Part shown: one piece after another, positions 47,562-57,002 of the stretch
How the letters are laid out: every line of letters starts with the position of its first letter
Numbering within the stretch: position 1 is the stretch's first letter
Source of the DNA: Syntrophaceae bacterium
GTDB lineage: Bacteria > Desulfobacterota > Syntrophia > Syntrophales > Smithellaceae
Direction of reading: 5' to 3'
DNA: 64,000 bases
Assembly (NCBI GenBank): GCA_018436925.1
Contig: JAHDKI010000006.1
Span: 68,692-132,691, forward strand
Translations under genes and position numbers: made by a program
The notes under the pieces: generated by a model
Databases searched by the model: none
The model's input: the letters and a program-made list of their open reading frames with translations, nothing else
Told to the model about the DNA's origin: nothing

Positions 47562-48563
47562 TTACTGAACATATTTCTGAAGCGCTGTGGGCAGTTTGTT
47601 TTTGTCGCTCGCCACAGCCGGACGGACGGCATCCTGGCCTGTCGCTTCCAACGCGGCAAGGCCCTTTTCGCTCAAAAGAAATTCCACGAAACTTTGCGCC
47701 TTTTTCTGATCGGGATAATTTTTGGGAATCGTCACGGCATAAAGAATCGGTTCGCCTGTAAGGTCTATGGTCTCTCCCGGTTTCTTTCCTTTGATGCTGA
47801 CTTTGGCATGCGCGTAAAATGCTTCGTGTTTGGCGCTGGAAAGATTGATCTGTTCCGGCAGCTGCAGGAATTTAAGGCCATGCTGTCGTGCCACTGAACT
47901 ATACTCAAAGGCATAGTCCAAATCGCCCGACTGTAAAAGCGCAATCAGGTCTACGGATTTAGCTCTCATGGTGTCGCCCTTGGCGCCATAAAGCTTTTTG
48001 TAAATGCCGGAAACACCGTAATGCTTTTCAGCCAACTGCCAGACCATCAGTGTGCGATAACCACAAGGATCCTGGTCGGGATCACTGCGGCCATACATCA
48101 CACCCTCTTTGGGAAGAATCTCATGCCAGTTGTCGGCATTAACCTCTTTGGCATACTTCGATTTTTCCGTATAGCACAACACCATCTGATTGGAAGCGAA
48201 CACAATATACCAATCGGCGTAATCTGGAAACATCAGCTTCGGGACAATCTTGTAATCCGCCGAGCCGATAACGCCGCCCTCGCGCTTGAGCTCCGTGACT
48301 TTGCGTATGGTCGTCGCGCTGCCGCCCCCTTCAATAAGCACGTCCACTTTCGGATAGTGCTTGTTGTATTCCTTACTCACTGCCTTAAACGGCACAGTAA
48401 GGCTGCCGGCGATGAACACCGGAAGCTTGCCTTCAATGTCGGCAGCCATCGCCGGTTGACTCATAGCCGGAACTCCCGCCAGAATCCAGCCGATCAGGAC
48501 AATCCATAAAAACTGGTTTTTGCATACTGCTTTCATACTTGACCTCCTTTTAATAAAGTTCAT
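47562..48563 (-). CDS. wtpA: WtpA-type tungstate/molybdate-binding periplasmic protein
   Basis: LPVFIAGSLTVPFKAVSKEYNKHYPKVDVLIEGGGSATTIRKVTEL...GSADY closely follows my recollection of archaeal-type WtpA. Signal peptide present. Confidence 0.75.
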   Translation of the reverse strand: MNFIKRRSSMKAVCKNQFLWIVLIGWILAGVPAMSQPAMAADIEGKLPVFIAGSLTVPFKAVSKEYNKHYPKVDVLIEGGGSATTIRKVTELKREGGVIGSADYKIVPKLMFPDYADWYIVFASNQMVLCYTEKSKYAKEVNADNWHEILPKEGVMYGRSDPDQDPCGYRTLMVWQLAEKHYGVSGIYKKLYGAKGDTMRAKSVDLIALLQSGDLDYAFEYSSVARQHGLKFLQLPEQINLSSAKHEAFYAHAKVSIKGKKPGETIDLTGEPILYAVTIPKNYPDQKKAQSFVEFLLSEKGLAALEATGQDAVRPAVASDKNKLPTALQKYVQ

Positions 48564-49612
48564 TCCTGAAAAACATGAACCGACGACGCATCGAAACAGA
48601 CGCTGACGCGCATGCCGGTTTTCAATTCCATTTCCCGATACGTATGACGCGTGACCAGCGCCGTGATGACTGAAGGCACGGAGACATCAATATACAGCGT
48701 CGAACCCCGGTCGGCGATCCGCACAATTTCGCCGGTGAACGTGTTGGTCCTGCTCGGAATAGCGTCCCGGGACACAAGCATGACATCTTCGGGCCGGATA
48801 ACGGCCCGGTTGCCGGGGCCATTTCCGCTATCCACGGAAAAATGAAGGTCGCCGGATTGAAAATCGCACTGTCCGATGCCAGTATTGGAAAGCTCGCCAA
48901 TAAAGAGATTACGAGACATGGCAAACTCTGCGACGAATTCGGAGTTGGGCTTGCGGAAGATGTCTTCAGGTGTGCCGACCTGCTTGACCTCCCCTTCGCC
49001 GATAACGGCAATACGATCGCCCAACGCAACGGCTTCTTCAAAATTGTGCGTTACATGGAGCGTGGTCACATCAAGCTCACGGTGTAAGTGATGAAGCTCC
49101 GCTTCGATTTCCTCACGAGTTTTCGGATCCAGAGACGACAGCGGTTCGTCCAGAAGCAGCACATCGGGTGACACGCACAGCGCCCGCGCCAGGGCGACCT
49201 TCTGCTGTTCGCCGCCGGACAAGGTCTGAGGATCGCGATCCAGAAGCGACCGGATACTGAATAATTCCACAACCCGGGAAAACGCTTCACTGCACTCTTT
49301 TTCATCGATCTTGCGCATGCGCAGTCCAAAGAGAATATTGTCCCGAACGCACAGGTGCGGAAAAAGCGCATGGTCCTGATAAACAATGCTCACATGCCGC
49401 CGTTCGGGGCTGAGCCTTGTGACGTCGCGGCCGCGAAGCCGGATTTCTCCGCGCTCCGGCGAATAAAGTCCGGCGATGGATTCCAGAAGCACCGTTTTCC
49501 CGGCGCCGGAGGGACCGACCACCACCATATATTCGCCGTCTTTGACATCAAGGCTTGCGTCTTTGAGCGTGAAATCGCCCAGTTCAACGTAGAGGTTGCG
49601 GATGGAAATCAT
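48560..49612 (-). CDS. ABC transporter ATP-binding protein with C-terminal TOBE-like domain (WtpC/ModC-like)
   Basis: Shows GPSGAGKT, LSGGEQQK and LLLDEP. The C-terminus has a beta-rich TOBE region. ATGA overlaps at both ends. Confidence 0.9.
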   Translation of the reverse strand: MISIRNLYVELGDFTLKDASLDVKDGEYMVVVGPSGAGKTVLLESIAGLYSPERGEIRLRGRDVTRLSPERRHVSIVYQDHALFPHLCVRDNILFGLRMRKIDEKECSEAFSRVVELFSIRSLLDRDPQTLSGGEQQKVALARALCVSPDVLLLDEPLSSLDPKTREEIEAELHHLHRELDVTTLHVTHNFEEAVALGDRIAVIGEGEVKQVGTPEDIFRKPNSEFVAEFAMSRNLFIGELSNTGIGQCDFQSGDLHFSVDSGNGPGNRAVIRPEDVMLVSRDAIPSRTNTFTGEIVRIADRGSTLYIDVSVPSVITALVTRHTYREMELKTGMRVSVCFDASSVHVFQE

Positions 49613-50475
49613 CTTTCCCTCCGGTACAACAAGAGGCGCAGGACCACGAAAACGAAAAGAGAAATAAGGATGAGGATCACGGCAATCGGCCGGGCGTGGT
49701 CGAGCCCATACGTTTCAAACTTCTCATAAACCAGCACGGGCGCAATCATGGGATGATACGCGATGATGATGACCGCGCCGAATTCGCTCATGCCCCGCGC
49801 CCACATCAGAATGCAACCAGCCGTGATGCTGCGTCTGGCCAGGGGGAAGGAAATACGCGCAAACGTCCGCCAAGGCGTGGCGCCTAATGTTCTGGCTACT
49901 TTTTCCAGACGCGGATCGACTTTTTGAAATCCTTCCTTGGCCGAATCGATCAAAAAGGGAACGCTGACAAACAACATGGCGATCACGATGCCCGCCAGAG
50001 AATCCAGAAAACGGACGCCGATACCGTCGAAGGCTTGTCCGACGAAATAATGGCGACCGAATACAAATAGAAGCGCGATACCTGCTGCGGAATGGGGAAT
50101 CACCAGCGGCAGATCGATGATGCCTTCGATGAGTCTTTTGCCGGGAAACTGCGTTTTTGCCAGAAGATAGGCCAACGGCACACCCAATAGAAACCCGATG
50201 ACCGTGGCCAGAAATGCCGCGTAAAGGGTCAGGATAATGGATGATGTAATTTCTGAATCCCGTAAAGAATCGATTAATATGGCCGGGCTGGAGGCGAAAA
50301 TCATTTTGGCGACGGGAACGATGATAAAAAGAAGGATGAGGCCGCCAAGAATCAGAAACAAACCCCTGAACCACACATTGGTCAATAATCTTAAGCACCT
50401 GATACCATTGGCAATTAACTTATCACTAGACAGAAACGTCGCCCTTGAGATTGGTCCATGTTTTTTCGGTATCAT
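49609..50475 (-). CDS. ABC transporter permease (WtpB/ModB-like)
   Basis: Six TM helices with an EAA-like loop (DPRLEKVARTLGATPWRTF). The exact start is uncertain because the SD is weak. Confidence 0.85.
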   Translation of the reverse strand: MIPKKHGPISRATFLSSDKLIANGIRCLRLLTNVWFRGLFLILGGLILLFIIVPVAKMIFASSPAILIDSLRDSEITSSIILTLYAAFLATVIGFLLGVPLAYLLAKTQFPGKRLIEGIIDLPLVIPHSAAGIALLFVFGRHYFVGQAFDGIGVRFLDSLAGIVIAMLFVSVPFLIDSAKEGFQKVDPRLEKVARTLGATPWRTFARISFPLARRSITAGCILMWARGMSEFGAVIIIAYHPMIAPVLVYEKFETYGLDHARPIAVILILISLFVFVVLRLLLYRRER

Positions 50476-50550
50476 TTCAATAACTTGCCTTATTTTAAGC
50501 AGGCATGATGCCCTGTCTGTTGTATGCTATTTCTAGCCTAAAGCGACGAC

Positions 50551-50579
50551 ACCATAGGAAATACAAGCCTGGCTGTCAA
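50551..50579 (-). promoter_or_regulatory. sigma-70-type promoter of the wtp operon
   Basis: The minus strand reads TTGACA-N17-TATGGT, about 70 nt upstream of the permease ATG. Confidence 0.5.
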
Positions 50580-50602
50580 GATTAAAGACAACTTATTTTT
50601 TC

Positions 50603-50650
50603 TTATTATTCCTTATTATTCCTTTTTATTCCTTATTTTATATTTATTCC
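50603..50650. repeat. 10-bp phased direct repeats (TTATTATTCC family)
   Basis: TTATTATTCC, TTATTATTCC and TTTTTATTCC are consecutive. A further ATTCC-ending unit follows 18 bp later. The minus strand reads GGAATAA(T/A)AA. Confidence 0.7.
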
Positions 50651-50983
50651 TTCGATAAGAAAGATAAGGCAAAGCTTGATCTGTTTTGCTCGATAGGCCA
50701 TGGAGACCGAAACATGTTCGGGCCGTCCGGGATGGATTTTCTTATCTTCGATGCTGAAATTGCCTGCACTGGAGTATTCTTGACACAAGACAGAAGATTT
50801 TTTATCCGTAAAATCGATGTATTTTTCGCAGCAGACGCTTGTGCGCCCATCGCATGGCAAAATTGTCGCAGCCCCCGTCAGACGGGCGCCGCCGACTATT
50901 GTCATCCTGAAAAACACCCTATTCTGCCGGTTACAATGAAGAAGATGATCAGGTGCAGGATAAAAATCAGTATTAACACCCAT
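50633..50983 (-). CDS. hypothetical protein (weak)
   Basis: The ORF is the only evidence. I recognise no motif, it lies in an AT-rich region, and its 3' end runs into the 10-bp repeat array. Confidence 0.2.
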   Translation of the reverse strand: MGVNTDFYPAPDHLLHCNRQNRVFFRMTIVGGARLTGAATILPCDGRTSVCCEKYIDFTDKKSSVLCQEYSSAGNFSIEDKKIHPGRPEHVSVSMAYRAKQIKLCLIFLIEGINIK

Positions 50984-51274
50984 ACCTTCCGACCTTAGAT
51001 GCTTTCAAGCATGCACTTTTCGCCTTACTTCTTTGCGTAAAATTGTTTTGAAAATCCTCTGCACGATAAATAGCACTCCTTATTGCGTTATTGTGAACAA
51101 AATTAATCCGTTTTTCACACCGGAGCATTGCCGAATACCTTCAATATACAAGTATTTTGATGTTCTAATATTCAACTGGCTCTTTGTTAGACGGATATGT
51201 TATATTTGCCAAAATTAATGTGGCTTAGTATTCGTATATAAAACGAATCAATTGAAGATAAAAGGAGGATGCGC

Positions 51275-52198
51275 ATGAAAAGAAACATTTCACAGAAACT
51301 CCTTGCGGCAGTTTTTTTGACCCTTTTAATGCCGGCACTGGTTTTTGCCCGCGACATCCCCCCTGTTGTTTCAACGGATTGGCTTTCGGCTAATCTCAAA
51401 AACCCCAAACTGATCGTTTTGGATGTCCGAAGCGTTGAAGATTACCGGGAAGGCCATATCCCAGGAGCGGTTAATGCGTTTTATCGCGCATGGGCTTATA
51501 TGAAAGACGGGCTTTTTTCTTCCCTGCCCGATAAAGACGACATCGACGACACCATCGGGTATTTCGGCATCCATTTCGATAACTGGGTCGTCGTGACCGG
51601 CTGCATGGATACCCCCAGGCTCAGTTACCAAAGCGCCCGTGTGGCTTGCACGCTTCAGTATGCCGGCATCGCAAACGTCGCGCTGCTCGACGGCGGCATG
51701 AACAAATGGGTCGCGGAGAAAAAGCCTCTATCCACAAAAATCGAACGCCGCAAGGCCAAACCCTTCCTGGGAAAATATGTCGGCGAAAAATTCGCCGACG
51801 CCGACTATATAAAAAATAACATGGGCAAACTGATTCTTCTGGATGTCCGGGAAAGAGAGTTTTTCACCGGCGAAAAGAAAATGGATTGCGTGCCTCTGCG
51901 TGGACACATCCCCGGCGCGTTTAATATGCCGACGTCCTGCGCCTTCAATGAAAACAAAACGTTCAAAACCAAAGAAGAGCTGGCCCAGATTGTCGAAGCG
52001 GCCGCCGGAAAAGACCGCAATGCGGCAATCGTCACCTACTGTGATATCGGACAATGCTGCCCGATCTGGTCGTATCTGATGACCCAACTGCTGGGTTACA
52101 CCAATGTCCGCCTCTATGACGGCGGTATGCAGGAATGGATGCAATCGCCCGATGCGCCGGTTACAATGGATAATAATACGCCCAAAAAGAACCAATAA
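51275..52198 (+). CDS. secreted tandem-rhodanese sulfurtransferase
   Basis: Signal peptide (LLMPALVFA-RD). Two rhodanese modules (YREGHIPGAVN and RGHIPGAFN). Active-site loop YCDIGQCC. The ATG at 51275 has proper SD spacing. Confidence 0.8.
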   Translation: MKRNISQKLLAAVFLTLLMPALVFARDIPPVVSTDWLSANLKNPKLIVLDVRSVEDYREGHIPGAVNAFYRAWAYMKDGLFSSLPDKDDIDDTIGYFGIHFDNWVVVTGCMDTPRLSYQSARVACTLQYAGIANVALLDGGMNKWVAEKKPLSTKIERRKAKPFLGKYVGEKFADADYIKNNMGKLILLDVREREFFTGEKKMDCVPLRGHIPGAFNMPTSCAFNENKTFKTKEELAQIVEAAAGKDRNAAIVTYCDIGQCCPIWSYLMTQLLGYTNVRLYDGGMQEWMQSPDAPVTMDNNTPKKNQ

Positions 52199-52238
52199 GC
52201 CGATCGCATTGCGCGCCGATGGGCAAAACCTGATTTGT

Positions 52239-53096
52239 ATGACTCCAGAAGGCTTCAGTTTTAAACGCGACAGCATCTTTTGTTCCGTCAGAGCGTCTTC
52301 AATGACCGAGAAGGAGCAGTTTGTTCCGGCGCATCTTTTGATCCATCTGCTTTGGGGCAAATTGACGATCGTTGAAGCCGATTCAACAAACACCTTCGAG
52401 GCGGGCGATACGATCTTCGTCCGCAGAAACACGCTGGCCAAATTTTCAAAATTTCCGGGCTCCGGCGGGAAGGCGTTTAAAACTCTCAGCATTTTCATCC
52501 GGAAGTCCTTTTTGCAAAGCTATAACAAACAGGAGCACAACCCGTCCGGCAACGCGCTGTTTGCCGAAAAGCTCTGCCGGGTGAAAAAACTCGTCCCCTC
52601 GCCTCTTTTGGACAGCCTGTTTGAATCCCTCCACCTTTATTTCGACTCCGGCCTGCCGCTCGGCCCGGAATTGAGCGACATCAAAACAAGGGAAACTCTA
52701 TTGCTTCTCAAGCAGATGGATGCGCCTCTTTATCAGTCTTTGTTTCATTTCGCCGAACCCGGCAAGATCGACCTGGAAGACTTCATGAGCAAGAACTTCG
52801 TCTTTAATGTGCCGCTCACAACTTTTTCCCGAATGACCGGTCGCAGCCTTTCAACATTCAAGAGGGATTTTAAAAAGGTTTTTGACGAGTCGCCCAGCCG
52901 CTGGCTTAAGAAAAAACGCCTGGAGCACGCCTATTACCTCATCAAGGAAAAACATAGAACACCCTCGGATGTTTACCTGGAGGTAGGCTTTGAAAATCTC
53001 TCTCATTTTTCATCGTCATTCAAAGAAGTTTACGGGCGAAATCCCTCGGCCTTGAATGAACCGCACAGCAAAGTCACTTTGGCCTCCGCGCAGTAA
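52239..53096 (+). CDS. AraC-family transcriptional regulator (cupin-like sensor plus HTH)
   Basis: C-terminal AraC HTH (SLSTFKRDFKKVFDESPSRWLKKKRLEHAYYLI...VGFENLSHFSSSFKEVYG). The start at 52239 avoids overlap with the rhodanese gene. Confidence 0.8.
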   Translation: MTPEGFSFKRDSIFCSVRASSMTEKEQFVPAHLLIHLLWGKLTIVEADSTNTFEAGDTIFVRRNTLAKFSKFPGSGGKAFKTLSIFIRKSFLQSYNKQEHNPSGNALFAEKLCRVKKLVPSPLLDSLFESLHLYFDSGLPLGPELSDIKTRETLLLLKQMDAPLYQSLFHFAEPGKIDLEDFMSKNFVFNVPLTTFSRMTGRSLSTFKRDFKKVFDESPSRWLKKKRLEHAYYLIKEKHRTPSDVYLEVGFENLSHFSSSFKEVYGRNPSALNEPHSKVTLASAQ

Positions 53097-53210
53097 CGGG
53101 AACAACCGTTTTTTTGTATAGTCACGACTGTTTAGAGCTCAGCCCCCCGCCGATAGGGACTGGATCAAAAAGGCCCCGTCCGCCGGACTAAAAATTCTGG
53201 AGGTGCTTTC

Positions 53211-54242
53211 GTGTATCAACTGAAATTCGATCAAAAAGTCTGCGCAAGCTGCCGTTCAGCCGACTGCCTGCTCAAATGCCAGTACATGACGTTTGCCGGG
53301 CATAAGGAAGCGCACGGAGAAATGATGAAGATCATGAAAGGGAAGGATTCGCGGGTCCTTAACGAATGCATGACCTGCTACGCCTGCGAAGAATACTGCA
53401 CGCGGGGCAATCACCCCTTCTACCTCATCTCGGAGAAGCGCGAGGAAAAAGGCCTGTTCACCGCGCCCCGGCCCATCACCAACCAGTGGATCAACATGAC
53501 CCAGATGCAGGGCAAGTGTCTGGTGGGCAACGTGAAAGACAAGGCGCTCTCCTGCTGCTACATCCCCGACCTGGGGCCGCTGGGAACGGGCGAGATTTTC
53601 AAGGATGTCGCCGACGCGGGCGTCTTCGGTGCGGAATTCATGTGCCCCGCCGTCCATACGCACTTTGCCCGCATGTCGGTCATCAAGGAGCGTCTCCCCA
53701 TCGTCATCGAAAACTACCGGAAACTCGGCGTCAAGGAAGTCATCTGCCTGCATGACGAATGCTACGGCACGCTGACCTCGATTGCCTCCGCCTACGGCAT
53801 GGACGTGCCCTTCAAACCGGTTTACTACCTGGATTTTGTTTTGCAGCGCATGAAGGAGCTCAAAGATAAGATTAAACCCCTTAACATCACCGTCGCCTAT
53901 CAGCGTTCCTGCTCCAACCGTCTTATTCCGGACAAACACGCGCTGGTGAAGAAAATCTTCAATCTCATCGGCGTCAAGGCGCCCAAAAGAACCTACCAGG
54001 ACGAAAACGCGCTTTGCTGCGCGGAGATTCTGCGCTCCATTTCCGGCTACAAACTGGCCGACGACGTGCAGAAGCGCAACATTGACGACATGCTGGCCGC
54101 GGGCGCCGAATACTGCGTCTTCAACTGTCCGGCCTGCCAATCGTCTCTTTCGGAAAAAGTCGCCAAGCGGGGCCTGAAACCCGTGCACATTATCGATCTT
54201 TGCAAAATGGCCATCGGCGAAAAAGAAAGGGGGACGACATGA
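53211..54242 (+). CDS. (Fe-S)-binding protein with CCG domains (HdrD/GlcF/LutA-like)
   Basis: N-terminal Cys clusters (CASCRSADCLLKC, CMTCYACEEYC). CCG-type motifs (CCYIPD, CSNR, CCAE, CPACQ). GTG start with GGAGG SD. Confidence 0.8.
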   Translation: MYQLKFDQKVCASCRSADCLLKCQYMTFAGHKEAHGEMMKIMKGKDSRVLNECMTCYACEEYCTRGNHPFYLISEKREEKGLFTAPRPITNQWINMTQMQGKCLVGNVKDKALSCCYIPDLGPLGTGEIFKDVADAGVFGAEFMCPAVHTHFARMSVIKERLPIVIENYRKLGVKEVICLHDECYGTLTSIASAYGMDVPFKPVYYLDFVLQRMKELKDKIKPLNITVAYQRSCSNRLIPDKHALVKKIFNLIGVKAPKRTYQDENALCCAEILRSISGYKLADDVQKRNIDDMLAAGAEYCVFNCPACQSSLSEKVAKRGLKPVHIIDLCKMAIGEKERGTT

Positions 54243-55621
54243 GCGACATCCTGCAATCCCTGATTGACATTGTCGGCGAGAAAGGCGTTTCCAACGAGCC
54301 GGAGGAACTCTGGTTTTATTCGCGCGATCCCGGCGTGCTTGCGCCGCACAAGCCCGACTATGTCGTCGCGCCCAAAACCACCGAAGAAGTTCAAAAGATC
54401 GTCCAGCTGGCCGGCCGGGAAAAGATCCCCGTTGTTCCGATGGGAAACGGCATGTCGCTTGCGGGTCTTGTCATTCCGCTTAAAGGCGGCATCGTCCTGG
54501 ACATGAAGCGGATGAACAAAATTCTGGAAGTGAACCCCATGGGCCGCTACGCCGTGATGGAAGGCGGCACGTCCCAGGGCGCGCTCAAATCCTACCTGCA
54601 AAAAAACCATCCGACACTGCGTCACAGTCTTCCCGACGCGCCCCCCACCACCACGATTGCCGCCAATGTTTCCCTGCACGGACAGGGACGGCTGACCAAT
54701 CAGTACGGTTTCAATTCCGATATGGTCACAGGCCTCGAGATGGTTCTGCCCACGGGCGAAATCTGCCGGATCGGCTCTCCCTCGATCGGGCCGTACTGGT
54801 TTTCCAAAGGGCCCACGCTGCCGGATCTTTCCGGGCTTTTCCTGGGCTGGCTGGGGGCGACGGGCATCATCACCAAGGTCGGCCTGAAACTTTTTCCGAA
54901 CAAGAAAATTCGCGATGTGGAATTGTTTGTCACGGACAGAGTCGAGCTCGTTCCGCAGATCCTCTATAAGCTCACGCATCTGGAAGTCTGCGAAGACATC
55001 AATGTCTGGTTCCAGCCCAAACCGCAAATGTTTCTGGGCAACTTTCATGTGACGATCTTTTTTACCGGCGATACGGAAGATGAAATCGAATTCAAAAGGA
55101 AAATGATCTGGGACAGCCTTCAGGAGCACATGGATGCCAAAGACGGCGGCTTTATGTCGGTTCAGTATATGAAATCAACCCTCCTGGAAATGCCGGGCCG
55201 CACGATTGCCGATTTTGCCGATGTGCCCAAAGGCGGCGGGTTTGAGTATTCCGGGCCCATCGCGCTGATCGAGCATTACCCGCAGTACGCCGCCAAGGTC
55301 GTGGAACTGGCTCAGAAATACAACGTCCTTTACGCCAGCGCGGCGAGGCTCATCTCCGGCGGTCATGCCATGATGTTCAGCATCTCGTTTGCCTTTAATC
55401 GTGATGACGCGGCCATGATGGAGCGGGTGGAAAAAGCCCTTGACGAGGCCATGACCTTTGCTCTGGACATGGGCGGCATTCCCTGGAAGCCCAACCACAA
55501 GGAACAGAAAATGCTGCTCGAACGCATGGAACCCAACGCGCGCAAACTCCTTTTGATGATCAAGAAAAATCTCGACCCGCAGGGGATCATGAACCCCGGC
55601 AATTGGGAGGTGAACGCATGA
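54239..55621 (+). CDS. FAD-binding oxidase (GlcD / D-lactate dehydrogenase-like, FAD_binding_4)
   Basis: Shows VVAPKTTEEVQKIVQLA and PVVPMGNGMSLAG. 460 aa. ATGA overlap with the upstream gene. Confidence 0.85.
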   Translation: MSDILQSLIDIVGEKGVSNEPEELWFYSRDPGVLAPHKPDYVVAPKTTEEVQKIVQLAGREKIPVVPMGNGMSLAGLVIPLKGGIVLDMKRMNKILEVNPMGRYAVMEGGTSQGALKSYLQKNHPTLRHSLPDAPPTTTIAANVSLHGQGRLTNQYGFNSDMVTGLEMVLPTGEICRIGSPSIGPYWFSKGPTLPDLSGLFLGWLGATGIITKVGLKLFPNKKIRDVELFVTDRVELVPQILYKLTHLEVCEDINVWFQPKPQMFLGNFHVTIFFTGDTEDEIEFKRKMIWDSLQEHMDAKDGGFMSVQYMKSTLLEMPGRTIADFADVPKGGGFEYSGPIALIEHYPQYAAKVVELAQKYNVLYASAARLISGGHAMMFSISFAFNRDDAAMMERVEKALDEAMTFALDMGGIPWKPNHKEQKMLLERMEPNARKLLLMIKKNLDPQGIMNPGNWEVNA

Positions 55622-56793
55622 CCACCATCAGGCACATTGAACATGAACAGATCGTCCATCGCTGCTTCCGCTGCGGCTACTGCAAGTATCCGTCCGACTA
55701 CAGCGATTTCAACTGTCCGTCCTACAAGGCCTTCGGCTGGGACACCTTCGCCCCCGGCGGCCGCATGTGGCTCACCCGCGCGTGGCTTCATGGCGAAATC
55801 GAAACCTCCGCGCGCTTTGCCGAAATCATGTTTTCCTGCGTGGCCTGCGACAACTGCAAGGATCAGTGCGTCTTCCCCAAGTTCAAGGATTTCCTGCCGG
55901 ACATCTTTCAGGAAACCCGCGCCGAACTGGTGGGAGAGGGCCGGATTCCGCCCGGTGTGCGCGACTATTTCAAGGCCGTTGCCGTAAGCGGCAATCCCTA
56001 CAAACTGCCGCAGTCCGAACGGGGCGACTGGGCCAAGGGAACGGGACTGAAACCCTACACCAACCAGAAATACCTCTTTTACGCGGGCTCGGTCGGCTCT
56101 TATGATGAAGTCGGCAAGCGCATGGCCCAAAGCGTGGGGAAAATGCTGGTGGACGCGGGCCTTTCGGTCGGCATTCTCGGAGCTGAGGAAGGCTGCGACG
56201 GCAACGACGTGCGGGCTCTGGGCGAGATGGGACTCTTTGCCCAGTTGGCCCAGGCCAATATTGATACCTTCAAAGCCAAAGGCGTCAAGGAAATCATCAC
56301 GCTCGATCCGCATGCGCTAAACACCTTTAAGAAGGATTATCCGGCGCTTGGCGGCAAATTTAAGGTTCAGCATTACAGCGAGGTTCTGGCCGAACTTATT
56401 AAAAAGAAAAAGATCAAGCTCAAAGCCTACCCGGTCAAGATCACGTATCACGACCCGTGCTACCTGGGGCGGCATCAGCAAATCTACTCGGCGCCGCGGG
56501 AAATTCTAAAAGCGATTCCCAAGGCTGAATTTGTCGAAATGCACCGCCACGGCGCGAACGCCTTTTGCTGCGGCGGAGGCGGCGGCAACTTCTTCACCGA
56601 CATTCTGGGCACGGCTGAAGACAGCGCCTCGCGTGTGCGCGTGCGCGAAGCAGCCGAAACCGGCGCTTCGATTCTGGCAGTGGCCTGCCCCAACTGCGCC
56701 AAGATGCTAACCGATGCGGTGAAGATGGAAAACCTGGAAGACCGCCTGGAAGTGCTGGGTCTTGCCGAAATACTGGAGCGGGCCAGGAAATAG
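55618..56793 (+). CDS. (Fe-S)-binding protein with two CCG domains (GlcF/HdrD-like)
   Basis: Shows CFRCGYCKYPS...CPS, CVACDNCKDQC, then YHDPCYLGR and CCGGGGG, typical of CCG domains. ATGA overlap. Confidence 0.85.
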   Translation: MTTIRHIEHEQIVHRCFRCGYCKYPSDYSDFNCPSYKAFGWDTFAPGGRMWLTRAWLHGEIETSARFAEIMFSCVACDNCKDQCVFPKFKDFLPDIFQETRAELVGEGRIPPGVRDYFKAVAVSGNPYKLPQSERGDWAKGTGLKPYTNQKYLFYAGSVGSYDEVGKRMAQSVGKMLVDAGLSVGILGAEEGCDGNDVRALGEMGLFAQLAQANIDTFKAKGVKEIITLDPHALNTFKKDYPALGGKFKVQHYSEVLAELIKKKKIKLKAYPVKITYHDPCYLGRHQQIYSAPREILKAIPKAEFVEMHRHGANAFCCGGGGGNFFTDILGTAEDSASRVRVREAAETGASILAVACPNCAKMLTDAVKMENLEDRLEVLGLAEILERARK

Positions 56794-57002
56794 TGGATAG
56801 TGCATGGTGGATGGTGTCCTCCGCTCGCGTGACCTTCAGGTTAGGCGGAGGTGGCGCAAAGCGCCGGAGGTGGAAATAGAAATACCACTGTGCAATTTGT
56901 GAAAATAATGGCGACATTAAAAACGTCCACCCCCTGCCCCCGCCGGCGGGGGACACAGATGAGTATGAAGTCTAAATTTTCACTCTGGAGATCATAAACC
57001 AA

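Noticed and set aside
50476-50550. Looked for a Moco/Wco riboswitch in the leader of the wtp operon.
   Set aside because: The leader is only about 70 nt. It lacks the conserved multi-stem architecture and the conserved motifs I associate with the Moco RNA. Only a weak 4-bp hairpin is present.
50603-50650. Short regularly spaced repeats considered as a degenerate CRISPR or minisatellite.
   Set aside because: The units are 10 bp and contiguous with no spacers, and no cas genes are present. The array is better explained as promoter-upstream phased sites (reported as such).
56934-56952. GC-rich perfect palindrome CCCCCGCCGGCGGGGG, with GGAGGTGG direct repeats (about 56847-56880), in the gap before the C_GCAxxG_C_C gene.
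   Set aside because: It may simply be a transcript-end hairpin for the upstream oxidase operon. It has no U-tract and no recognisable riboswitch or regulator motif, so there is insufficient evidence for a specific call.
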